From a virus (lineage: Duplodnaviria; Caudoviricetes), in the IMG/VR virus record IMGVR_UViG_3300004778_000005, positions 1-27,015 of that record: a stretch of 27,015 bases of DNA; one strand, written 5' to 3'. Of the stretch, positions 1-7,107 are shown piece by piece; positions within the stretch are counted from its first letter, which is position 1; each line of letters starts with the position of its first letter. The notes below the pieces were generated by a model that was given only the letters and a program-made list of their open reading frames with translations, was not told the DNA's origin and made no database searches. Position numbers and translations under genes: made by a program.

Positions 1-4
1 CCTG

Positions 5-145
5 CTATACTCTTTCAAGGCTCGCCCTCCAATCTGTCCACGACAAGCAGTAGTCGCAAATGCTACCACGCCCCTCGTCATGCGCCATAAGCATACCGCA
101 CGACTTACAGTAACGCTGGTGACGTTCGGCTTTCTTCCTGCTCAT
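5..145 (-). CDS. 46-aa CxxC...CxxC zinc-ribbon micro-protein (below ORF-track cut-off)
   Basis: Manual translation gives MSRKKAERHQRYCKSCGMLMAHDEGRGSICDYCLSWTDWRASLERV*. The ATG lies 1 nt after the stop of the upstream VWA-like gene. Confidence 0.6.
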   Translation of the reverse strand: MSRKKAERHQRYCKSCGMLMAHDEGRGSICDYCLSWTDWRASLERV

Positions 146-146
146 A

Positions 147-1007
147 CTAAGCCTCGTTCCCGTAGAATATCTTCTTGTTCCTGAGCAGTTTGATGGGGTC
201 GAATCCTGCCCTTGCTACATCGTAGTAGAAGATAAGGTGCTCGTCCTTACGAAGTACGCTCCGCTCGTACTGCTTGATAGCATCCTTCCCCATCCTATAG
301 AGAACGCTACCATATCCCCAACGGAAGTCTGAATTACGAATAGCAGGAGAACGCTCCAACCAAGCGAACGACATTCTGCGAAGCATACTCGGGTGGATGA
401 TTGGGAACGCCAACTTCGTAATATCAGTGGGTTGCTTGTAGTCCTTCGCGTTGAGCCTCCATCCTAGAATCTGATTACCGCCGCAGGCCGCTTGTGCTAT
501 ATCCAAGCGAACCTTAAAGCCTAGTTTCTCCAAGTGATACACGGCGGTGAGGATTGTGATGCCAGCCTTTGTCAAATCACCAGCACTCACATCCCACACG
601 GCGCATATATCGTAGACGATGCAGATTGTTCTCTGCTTGGTCGGGGGCTTATGATAGAGAATCATGCTATCGGGGAGTCCGATTAGCGCACGAGGCACAC
701 ACGGAACCTGCCCGACGTACGAATAGTCGATAGAGGTTTTCATCAACGACTCCGTTGTGTCTACCTTATCGACTTCAAACATAGCCTTCTTAATCTCTTC
801 GGTGTACTTGTCCCATCCATACAGAAGCAATTCCTCTGCTTCCTCGTAACTCTTCGAGCCAGTGAACCTAGCATCACGGGTACGCGAGGATAGGTCGCGG
901 GTGTTTGTTCCAGACCATACTTTGTTCAGTTCCCTGTCGTTGCAAGCGTGGGTGAATTCTTTGAGGTTGTTAAATTCCTCACAATCGAAGTGCTTATACG
1001 TAGCCAT
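147..1007 (-). CDS. VWA-like (CobT-type) partner of the MoxR/CobS-like AAA+ ATPase, with degenerate MIDAS
   Basis: 286 aa, 1 nt downstream of the AAA gene. It has a G..P.VP.AL.G.P..M motif, then a beta-strand ending in Asp (TICIVYDICAVWDVS), a helix and LEKLGFKVRL, the pattern of phage VWA-like proteins next to AAA_5 ATPases. Confidence 0.6.
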   Translation of the reverse strand: MATYKHFDCEEFNNLKEFTHACNDRELNKVWSGTNTRDLSSRTRDARFTGSKSYEEAEELLLYGWDKYTEEIKKAMFEVDKVDTTESLMKTSIDYSYVGQVPCVPRALIGLPDSMILYHKPPTKQRTICIVYDICAVWDVSAGDLTKAGITILTAVYHLEKLGFKVRLDIAQAACGGNQILGWRLNAKDYKQPTDITKLAFPIIHPSMLRRMSFAWLERSPAIRNSDFRWGYGSVLYRMGKDAIKQYERSVLRKDEHLIFYYDVARAGFDPIKLLRNKKIFYGNEA

Positions 1008-1008
1008 A

Positions 1009-2364
1009 TTACACCGACAATGCTTTAGTCCAACGGTTGTCCACCGTCATTTTCTGCTTGACAATACGTAGGTCGTCAACATCAAGAGACTTGGTGAGGC
1101 AGATACTCACAATCTCTTTGTCGGTGAGTGTGTCCTTCATTTGTGCGATTCGGTTGATTGCACGATAGGAGACAACGAACTTCATACCAGCCTCCTTGAG
1201 AGCCTTGCGGAAGTCCCTGATGAACGACAGGATTTCGTCGTCAGCACCAGCCATCGCTGTCTCGATTTCGGGCGAGTAGTCGATATGCACGAGAGCGAAT
1301 CGGTCGAGGGTAGCGGCATCCAACTGGAAGCGACCGACGTACTCAAGGTCAGCACCAGTGCCAAACGTGTTACCAGCGGCTACCACTCGGAAGTCTGGGT
1401 GAGCATCGACATGTCCTGTCGGAAACTCACAATAGCCGTTGGAGATAGCGGCGTGTGTATACGCAAGTGCCTCTGGAGTAGAAGCGTCCACTTCATCGAA
1501 GAAGAACACACCGCCCTTGCTGAACGCCTCAAAGAACGCGGTGGCATGGTAGCGTCCGTTAGCATCAATGAAGCCTGACAACTTATACTCTGATGTTACT
1601 GCGTTGGTGAAGTAGAAGTCCATTTGCAACGCTCTAGCAACGTCCTTGACCAAGTGGTTCTTACCTGTACCAGCGGCACCTGTCAGAAAGACAGGGATAT
1701 TGCGCTGGAGAAGTGCGAGGACGGTATCAAACTTCTCGTGAAGCACACCCTCAATCTCGATTACGTCATTACCCTTGACGATTTCGTGACGCTGGGGCTT
1801 GTAGCCGAGGATGTTGATGATGTGTGCTTCGACCTTCGGCTTGATGTTCTCTGCGAGGTCAACGGCAAGAGCCTCTGACACAGCATCGAGGACACGAGCC
1901 TCCAACTTATCGGAGAATAGCGAAGGAGTCTTATACTTCTTCTTGACCTTTTCCTCCTTTATCTCGACCTCCGGAGGATTCTCCTTCTTATCGTAGTATT
2001 CCTTCCTACGAATCTCCCGTTCCTCCAATGCCTTTACGGAAGCCTCATAGCACTTATAGTAGTAACCCTGCGACAGGATATTCCTAGACCTATCATTGCG
2101 AGGAAACTCTGCTCCAGAAACAATGTGCATAGGACTATACTGCCACCGAGAACTACCGCCATACTGATAAAGCCCATACCCCTTCTTGTAAACATAGAAG
2201 GTTTGGGTGTCTGCAATAAACCCCTCGTCCTTACGCTCACCTATCTCAACGAGCCACAAGACAGGAGCCTTGCCATTATTGGGGATGGAATAGATGGGGA
2301 TGAACGGAGCGGGAACCTTGTCGAAATCCCTACGAGTCTCGTCCTTCTTTTTCTTGTTAGCCAT
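1009..2364 (-). CDS. MoxR/CobS-like AAA+ ATPase (AAA_5 type) with N-terminal extension
   Basis: Walker A GAAGTGKN, Walker B FFFDEVD, sensor-1 AHPDFRVVAAGNT, Arg-finger LDAATLDRF, sensor-2 SYR. SD AGGAG upstream. Confidence 0.88.
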   Translation of the reverse strand: MANKKKKDETRRDFDKVPAPFIPIYSIPNNGKAPVLWLVEIGERKDEGFIADTQTFYVYKKGYGLYQYGGSSRWQYSPMHIVSGAEFPRNDRSRNILSQGYYYKCYEASVKALEEREIRRKEYYDKKENPPEVEIKEEKVKKKYKTPSLFSDKLEARVLDAVSEALAVDLAENIKPKVEAHIINILGYKPQRHEIVKGNDVIEIEGVLHEKFDTVLALLQRNIPVFLTGAAGTGKNHLVKDVARALQMDFYFTNAVTSEYKLSGFIDANGRYHATAFFEAFSKGGVFFFDEVDASTPEALAYTHAAISNGYCEFPTGHVDAHPDFRVVAAGNTFGTGADLEYVGRFQLDAATLDRFALVHIDYSPEIETAMAGADDEILSFIRDFRKALKEAGMKFVVSYRAINRIAQMKDTLTDKEIVSICLTKSLDVDDLRIVKQKMTVDNRWTKALSV

Positions 2365-2367
2365 GTG

Positions 2368-2442
2368 CTATCTCCTGTAGTCTCGGAACACGATGATTAC
2401 AACGTAGAACAGTACACAGAATATCATTGCTGGTGCTAGCAT
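2368..2442 (-). CDS. putative 24-aa single-TM peptide
   Basis: MLAPAMIFCVLFYVVIIVFRDYRR* fills the gap before the ATPase. The SD is weak. Confidence 0.35.
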   Translation of the reverse strand: MLAPAMIFCVLFYVVIIVFRDYRR

Positions 2443-2503
2443 GATTCATCCGCTCAGGGATAACTTCTCCCATAGTATCTCGTTTCTTCTTAACGCTCCC
2501 GCG

Positions 2504-2935
2504 TTAGTTATGCTTAACGTCCTCACAACCGAAGTCGAGAGGGCTAAACTCTCCACTCTCAAGTTTCTTGGAAAGAAGGTCGAACTCGTTCTTGATATTA
2601 CCATTCTCAAGTTCGCCAGCAAACTTCATACACTGGTCGGTAAGGTCGATGATACCGACAGCCGTGAGAAGCCCAGCGCGATACTGTTTGTTACCCTTCT
2701 CGGCCTCATCAAGAATACCATGAATCCACTCGGTAATAGCATACTTATCGTCGGGGATATTGTCAGGAATGTCGTGATTCGTGACAGCGATACTACCAGT
2801 CATAACACCAGCAAGTACGGCAGTACCAAAGAAGCCAGCGACTTCCTCGGCGCACTTCATGTAATCCTTGTTCCAGAACGGATGGGCACCCTCGGCGGTC
2901 ATGATGCAGATAACGGCACGCTTGTTCTCAAACAT
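2504..2935 (-). CDS. hypothetical protein (143 aa)
   Basis: SD AAGGAG before ATG, co-oriented in the early operon. Confidence 0.75.
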   Translation of the reverse strand: MFENKRAVICIMTAEGAHPFWNKDYMKCAEEVAGFFGTAVLAGVMTGSIAVTNHDIPDNIPDDKYAITEWIHGILDEAEKGNKQYRAGLLTAVGIIDLTDQCMKFAGELENGNIKNEFDLLSKKLESGEFSPLDFGCEDVKHN

Positions 2936-2949
2936 GGTTTCTCCTTAGA

Positions 2950-3411
2950 TTAGTCAGCGTAGATTGCGTCAACGAGGGCATACAGGTCGCCGGTGACACA
3001 GATGCACATCGGCTCACCATCGGTGTAGTCGAATCCTACAAATTCCCACACGAGGCGGAACATGTTGAGAAGCCTGAACGTCATATCTGCGTTGCTCTCG
3101 TAGGTCGATTCCTCACCGAGCGGAGTAGAGAAGTCCTCGCCAGTAAGCCCCTTGTAGGCAATCCCGAAGGTTTCGAGCATGGTCTTGCAAGCATCGGCAA
3201 CCTTGCCGTCCAGCACAGCCGCCGTCATGAGTTCGGCGGGGACGTAAGCCACGCCGTTCTCGTCTGCATCACCATTGAGGCATTCCTTGAGCAGGTCGTG
3301 AAGGGCGTTCTCACGATTGGGATAGACGAGCACCGCAACGCTGAGAACAGCATCCGTGGTGAGCAGGAGGCGCATCAGGTCGAGCGAAGTATTCTTCTTG
3401 TACTCTTTCAT
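2950..3411 (-). CDS. hypothetical acidic protein (153 aa, start MKEYKKN)
   Basis: The start was moved from the track's 3582 to ATG 3411 because TAAGGAGAACACA precedes it. Confidence 0.75.
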   Translation of the reverse strand: MKEYKKNTSLDLMRLLLTTDAVLSVAVLVYPNRENALHDLLKECLNGDADENGVAYVPAELMTAAVLDGKVADACKTMLETFGIAYKGLTGEDFSTPLGEESTYESNADMTFRLLNMFRLVWEFVGFDYTDGEPMCICVTGDLYALVDAIYAD

Positions 3412-3421
3412 TGTGTTCTCC

Positions 3422-3787
3422 TTAACGAGTGGACGACTTGAACGAATTGTAAATGCAATTCTCGTAACGGTAGTACGCCTCTTTGAGTGTAGCGCCGTAT
3501 GACCTTGCCCCTTCCAGAACAGAGTACACCCTCCACCTTCGGTTCTCGGTGTCGTAGGACACATACTCACAACACCATCCACGCTCCTGCAACTTGCGAA
3601 GCACGTTGTCGTTCTCTACCGCTCGCTCAACTCTACGCGAACTTATCGTGCGTGAACAAGACAACGCATCGTTGTAGTCGTGCTTCTCCCACCCCTGATT
3701 GTTGACACGGATGTAGCACCAGCCATCCTGTTCATGATGCGGTGCCATCATCTTTGCTGTTCTCCGTGATACCCACTTCTTCGTCAT
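3422..3787 (-). CDS. hypothetical protein with C-terminal HicB-like motif (121 aa)
   Basis: SD AAAGGAG. The C-terminus YVSYDTENRRWRVYSVLEGARSYGATLKEA resembles the HicB N-terminal pattern. Confidence 0.6.
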   Translation of the reverse strand: MTKKWVSRRTAKMMAPHHEQDGWCYIRVNNQGWEKHDYNDALSCSRTISSRRVERAVENDNVLRKLQERGWCCEYVSYDTENRRWRVYSVLEGARSYGATLKEAYYRYENCIYNSFKSSTR

Positions 3788-3965
3788 GTGCCTCTCCTTT
3801 ATCCTCGACCTCTACCGTTGACAAGAGCGTGTACTTGCCGTCCTTCACCGCATAGTAACGAGCCTTGTTAACCGCTTCCTCTTCGCTATCTGCATGAACA
3901 AGATACTTGGCATCACCCTTCATATCGTAACGGTCGATGTGGAAGATAACTCCGTAAGCCTTCAT
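3732..3965 (-). CDS. small hypothetical phage protein (77 aa, start MKAYGV)
   Basis: The ATG is 1 nt after the upstream stop. The V.A.SEEEA motif is common in small phage proteins. Confidence 0.65.
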   Translation of the reverse strand: MKAYGVIFHIDRYDMKGDAKYLVHADSEEEAVNKARYYAVKDGKYTLLSTVEVEDKGEAHDEEVGITENSKDDGTAS

Positions 3966-3966
3966 A

Positions 3967-4194
3967 CTAGAACCGTATGGTTCCAGTTGCCGCACCATCG
4001 CTCCCGTAGAACCCAACGGTCTTGAGGGCAGCGTTGATGTGGTCGATATCTGCACGACGGGTATCAGGCGCTCCACCCGTCCGATAGCACAACTGTGCTA
4101 GCGCCTCCGCCTCCTGTTCGGTGAGCACAAGTGTGATGGTGTCGATTTCCTCAACGCTCATTATCTTATCGACGCTCTTATACGCCCCAGCCAT
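3967..4194 (-). CDS. small hypothetical protein (75 aa, start MAGAYK)
   Basis: SD GAAGGAGG then GTAAC ATG. Confidence 0.7.
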   Translation of the reverse strand: MAGAYKSVDKIMSVEEIDTITLVLTEQEAEALAQLCYRTGGAPDTRRADIDHINAALKTVGFYGSDGAATGTIRF

Positions 4195-4195
4195 G

Positions 4196-4489
4196 TTACC
4201 CTCCTTCTCTATACAGTTTGGTTTCCTCGTTCGCCTTCCATAGCAGAGAAGCACGAAACTCATTCTGCCATGCCTTGAGCAACGCCACCGCATACTCCAC
4301 CGAATACTGCGTGATACCATCGAACGTGGCGTTGACAAACTCAGTAGCGATAGCGTCTACCGTGGGAAACTCTGGCACCCAATCGTCTATAGTCTCCCTA
4401 TCCTCTTCGTCTGTCTCGAACACAGGATAGTGCTCAACTCCGTCCTCAAACACAGGGTCAAACTTGTGCTTAGTGTCCTCGTGTTCCAC
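4196..4489 (-). CDS. small acidic hypothetical protein (97 aa, GTG start)
   Basis: SD AAGGAGG before GTG 4489. The N-terminal half is very D/E-rich. Confidence 0.65.
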   Translation of the reverse strand: MEHEDTKHKFDPVFEDGVEHYPVFETDEEDRETIDDWVPEFPTVDAIATEFVNATFDGITQYSVEYAVALLKAWQNEFRASLLWKANEETKLYREGG

Positions 4490-4583
4490 GCCTGTACCCC
4501 TCCTTCTCCCCCGCATTATAGGCGAGGTCAAGAGCGAGAATGAACAACGTACCAATAACAATACCAATCGTAAGGTCGAGCAT
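4470..4583 (-). CDS. 37-aa single-TM peptide
   Basis: MLDLTIGIVIGTLFILALDLAYNAGEKEGYRRGTRGH*, with SD-like AGGTGA upstream. Confidence 0.6.
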   Translation of the reverse strand: MLDLTIGIVIGTLFILALDLAYNAGEKEGYRRGTRGH

Positions 4584-4602
4584 CTGTATCACCTACCCCT
4601 CT

Positions 4603-4821
4603 TTATGCACACATCTTGTATGAAAATGTACCATCCTTGCAGTTGTACTTGCCGTATGCGATATCACCCATGTTGTCAGTCACATTGACGATAGCATCAA
4701 CGATGTACCCTCCTGCGACTTCTCCAAACTTCTTGAGCGCATCCTCCACCTTGCCCAGCGGGATGTTGTACTCGAAGCCGTCAAACTTCTCGTTGACGAA
4801 CAACACACGAAACTTAGCCAC
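4603..4821 (-). CDS. small hypothetical protein (72 aa, GTG start)
   Basis: SD AAAGGA before GTG, overlapping the upstream stop. Confidence 0.6.
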   Translation of the reverse strand: MAKFRVLFVNEKFDGFEYNIPLGKVEDALKKFGEVAGGYIVDAIVNVTDNMGDIAYGKYNCKDGTFSYKMCA

Positions 4822-5023
4822 GGCGGTATTCCTTTCTGAGATTGTCCCTGCTATACCGCTCACATGCGTTTGTAATGAACGCGGTTGATATTGCATATCC
4901 CATAAACGCGAACGCTGGTAGAGCCGCAAGTTTCCATAGTGTTGGGATGCTCTCGTACAGGCACACGCCGAGGATGATATACGCACAAAGCACTAGCCGA
5001 CCGAACCATTCCCACTTGTTCAT
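4814..5023 (-). CDS. 69-aa two-TM membrane protein
   Basis: SD TAAGGAG, two hydrophobic segments and a basic C-terminal tail. Confidence 0.7.
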   Translation of the reverse strand: MNKWEWFGRLVLCAYIILGVCLYESIPTLWKLAALPAFAFMGYAISTAFITNACERYSRDNLRKEYRRG

Positions 5024-5024
5024 A

Positions 5025-5102
5025 TCAACTCCTTATCGAACGCACGATTGCACGCACTATCAGGAACACTAAAACGACTAAGCCGTTCTCCCAGCCTGTC
5101 AT
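5025..5102 (-). CDS. putative 25-aa hydrophobic peptide
   Basis: MTGWENGLVVLVFLIVRAIVRSIRS* exactly fills the gap between flanking genes. Confidence 0.45.
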   Translation of the reverse strand: MTGWENGLVVLVFLIVRAIVRSIRS

Positions 5103-5104
5103 TG

Positions 5105-5662
5105 TTATCGCCTGTTGTATCCCATCCTGCACTCAAGCAGTTGCCTGTCGAGAGATTCGATAAGCCCGTCCTGTTGGGCAACGCGCTGTTCGAGAATAAC
5201 ACACTGATTGAACAGCCTGTCGTTCTGCTGGAGCAGGTCGGTGCACTCGCTGAACAGCCGCGCCTTGTCCTTCTCCGCACAAGCAAGCATGGCCTTAAGG
5301 CCTTTGATTTCTTTGAACCTCTTGGTAGCACGCTCCATACTACTGGCACGCAGATTCTGGAGTACGTTAACTCGCACCCTCTCACACCCTAGTTCGAACT
5401 GCAAATCGTCGATGTTCATAATACGTATCTCAGCAAGTGCCTTCCACATGCTAACCTCGTCCATGAGGTCGTCAACCGCCATGCAATACTGCGCCGCCCA
5501 CTCATACGCAATGGCGGCATCCTTCTGCAACTGCTCGTTCTTCTTGGTCAATTCTTCGACCACCGTGTTCATGAGGTTACGAGTGGCGAGATATGCGTGC
5601 TTCCACCGCTCCTTAGTCCATGTGCGAGTGCATGAGTTGTAGCCGTTCTCCATGCTTGCCAT
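5105..5662 (-). CDS. coiled-coil protein (about 185 aa, start MASMENG)
   Basis: Heptad-like helical sequence. TAAGGGG precedes the ATG, but the exact start is uncertain. Confidence 0.65.
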   Translation of the reverse strand: MASMENGYNSCTRTWTKERWKHAYLATRNLMNTVVEELTKKNEQLQKDAAIAYEWAAQYCMAVDDLMDEVSMWKALAEIRIMNIDDLQFELGCERVRVNVLQNLRASSMERATKRFKEIKGLKAMLACAEKDKARLFSECTDLLQQNDRLFNQCVILEQRVAQQDGLIESLDRQLLECRMGYNRR

Positions 5663-6021
5663 CCCCTTACTGCGTCGATGAAGTCTGCCACTTCCCGATG
5701 GTTCTTGTAGCCGTGAACATCGTCCTTGTCCACACCATTCCTGTCCCCTGTCTCTCCGCACGCAACAAAGTCCCACTCGGGGCCATTGGACTCCTTGTTG
5801 TCCTGCCACACGATAGCGGCTACCTCGAACAATCCCTTGTCGTAGCCGTAGGTGCCTCCACCACGGACAACGGAGACACCGTAGCCATTCTCGAAGCGGT
5901 ACATTTCCTGATGATGGTCGAAGAGCGAACGAATATGCTCGTCTTTTGCGATTGTCTCGGGCATACCATCACGAACCGCTCTGCTGGTGAACTCGATGGG
6001 TACAATCTGCTTCTCACTCAT
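5569..6021 (-). CDS. conserved-type hypothetical phage protein (150 aa, start MSEKQIV)
   Basis: The F.NGYG.SVV...G.YG...GLFEVA motif recalls a common uncharacterised phage family. The start lies in the second 22-bp repeat copy. Confidence 0.7.
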   Translation of the reverse strand: MSEKQIVPIEFTSRAVRDGMPETIAKDEHIRSLFDHHQEMYRFENGYGVSVVRGGGTYGYDKGLFEVAAIVWQDNKESNGPEWDFVACGETGDRNGVDKDDVHGYKNHREVADFIDAVRGWQAWRTATTHALAHGLRSGGSTHISPLVTS

Positions 6022-6051
6022 GCCTAATCTGCTTCTCACTCATGCCTAATC
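6004..6051. repeat. perfect 22-bp tandem duplication (AATCTGCTTCTCACTCATGCCT x2 + AATC)
   Basis: Copies at 6004-6025 and 6026-6047, read directly from the sequence. Confidence 0.97.
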
Positions 6052-6238
6052 CCTCCCCGAATACGCTGTCTTGGCACGCCTGACAAAGACCCGAAATGTG
6101 GTACTCCCTCACCGATATATCATTCCTGAACTCGGTTGCCTTACAATAGCACTCGACGCACCTACCATTTGAGATAGCCTTTCGCCGCCCCTTGAATAGC
6201 AGGTCAGCAGGACGCAACGGAGGAAGTTTCTCGCTCAT
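6014..6238 (-). CDS. 74-aa zinc-finger micro-protein (CxxC...CxxC)
   Basis: CVEC...REYHISGLCQACQDSVF. SD TAAGGAGG. Confidence 0.75.
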   Translation of the reverse strand: MSEKLPPLRPADLLFKGRRKAISNGRCVECYCKATEFRNDISVREYHISGLCQACQDSVFGEGLGMSEKQIRHE

Positions 6239-6390
6239 GGCCCCTCCTTAGTCTGTTTAGTACGGAGTCCGATGATGTAACCTGTGGAGCCTACGCGAAG
6301 CCAACGATAGCGGAAATGCTCGTCATTCATCTCTCGGTATGCGCTAGGCCATACTATCGATGTTGGCTGGTACACAATCCTGATTCTCAC
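6235..6390 (-). CDS. small basic hypothetical protein (51 aa, GTG start)
   Basis: SD TAAGGAG before GTG 6390, ATGA overlap with the next gene. Confidence 0.55.
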   Translation of the reverse strand: MRIRIVYQPTSIVWPSAYREMNDEHFRYRWLRVGSTGYIIGLRTKQTKEGP

Positions 6391-6400
6391 GACTCGCTCC

Positions 6401-6583
6401 TTAGTCGATGCAGATGACGATTTCATCGCCATGTTTGGCACGTACCTTCATATCGAACGTGATGCACTTACCGCCACGCTTCCTGCTGAACGCGATTGGT
6501 ATGACTACCTCCTGATACTCGTCGTCCTCCGCCTGTGTGATTGCGCCAAGCACCTTCTTCACTTCTTTCGCTACTCGTGCCAT
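6401..6583 (-). CDS. small hypothetical protein (60 aa, start MARVAK)
   Basis: TAATG overlap with the upstream ORF. SD-like GAGGGG. Confidence 0.65.
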   Translation of the reverse strand: MARVAKEVKKVLGAITQAEDDEYQEVVIPIAFSRKRGGKCITFDMKVRAKHGDEIVICID

Positions 6584-6702
6584 TACCAAGCCACCCCTCT
6601 CATCATGCAGTATGCGTACTCACACGCTACGCATATCAGCCCGAACAACAGCCCACTCAATGCCACGAGCACGTACACAAGCGGCTTGACCTCCTGACTC
6701 AT
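6583..6702 (-). CDS. 39-aa single-TM peptide
   Basis: MSQEVKPLVYVLVALSGLLFGLICVACEYAYCMMRGVAW*. Strong SD AGGAGG. Confidence 0.65.
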   Translation of the reverse strand: MSQEVKPLVYVLVALSGLLFGLICVACEYAYCMMRGVAW

Positions 6703-6722
6703 GCCTGTACCCTCCTGCTCCT

Positions 6723-6741
6723 GCCTGTATTGCATACAGGC
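6723..6741. promoter_or_regulatory. perfect 8-bp inverted repeat GCCTGTAT-tgc-ATACAGGC (operator or 5' hairpin)
   Basis: Lies between the terminator and the SD of the next early gene. Confidence 0.45.
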
Positions 6742-6760
6742 GATGTGATTATGCGTACAC

Positions 6761-6795
6761 AAAAAAGGGCCACGCCTATGTAAGCGCGTGGCCCT
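6761..6795 (-). terminator. Rho-independent terminator
   Basis: The minus strand reads AGGGCCACGC-gcttacatag-GCGTGGCCCT followed by a T-tract, 15 nt after the stop at 6811. Confidence 0.85.
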
Positions 6796-6810
6796 CGGTC
6801 GTGCGTGTGA

Positions 6811-7107
6811 CTACTTGACGGCGATGGACTTGACCCACTCGACGTCGCCGTAGCCAGCGGCCTTTGCCTGCGCGACGAACGCCTTGCGCTCGGACGCGCT
6901 GGCGTAGGGCTGGCCCTCACGCGGGTGGAGCGTGTGGAGCGGGGTCACGCCTGCGGCCACGCGCAAGGCCTTGCGAACGTCCTTCTTGAGCACGGGCGAA
7001 ACCTCGGCCTTTGCAGGCGCGGGGGTCGTGGGCGCGAGTGCGGCCTCACGCGCGTCGAGCGTTGCGAGTACGAGCGCGACCAGTTCTGCCTTGTCCTTCG
7101 CGTTCAT
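6811..7107 (-). CDS. 98-aa Ala/Lys-rich high-GC hypothetical protein, first gene of the leftward arm
   Basis: SD AGGAGGT before ATG 7107 (MNAKDKAELV...) and its own terminator. Sampled lines are 72-77% GC. Confidence 0.8.
   Translation of the reverse strand: MNAKDKAELVALVLATLDAREAALAPTTPAPAKAEVSPVLKKDVRKALRVAAGVTPLHTLHPREGQPYASASERKAFVAQAKAAGYGDVEWVKSIAVK

Noticed and set aside
1009-2364. Cobalamin biosynthesis (true cobaltochelatase CobS) as an auxiliary metabolic gene
   Set aside because: There is no cobN or other cob gene. The motifs support only a generic MoxR-clade AAA+ ATPase.
4814-5023. Holin call for the two-TM protein
   Set aside because: It lies in the early arm with no adjacent endolysin. 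Topology alone is insufficient.
6004-6051. 22-bp repeats as a CRISPR mini-array
   Set aside because: The copies are directly adjacent with no spacer, are not palindromic and overlap coding sequence. No cas genes are present.
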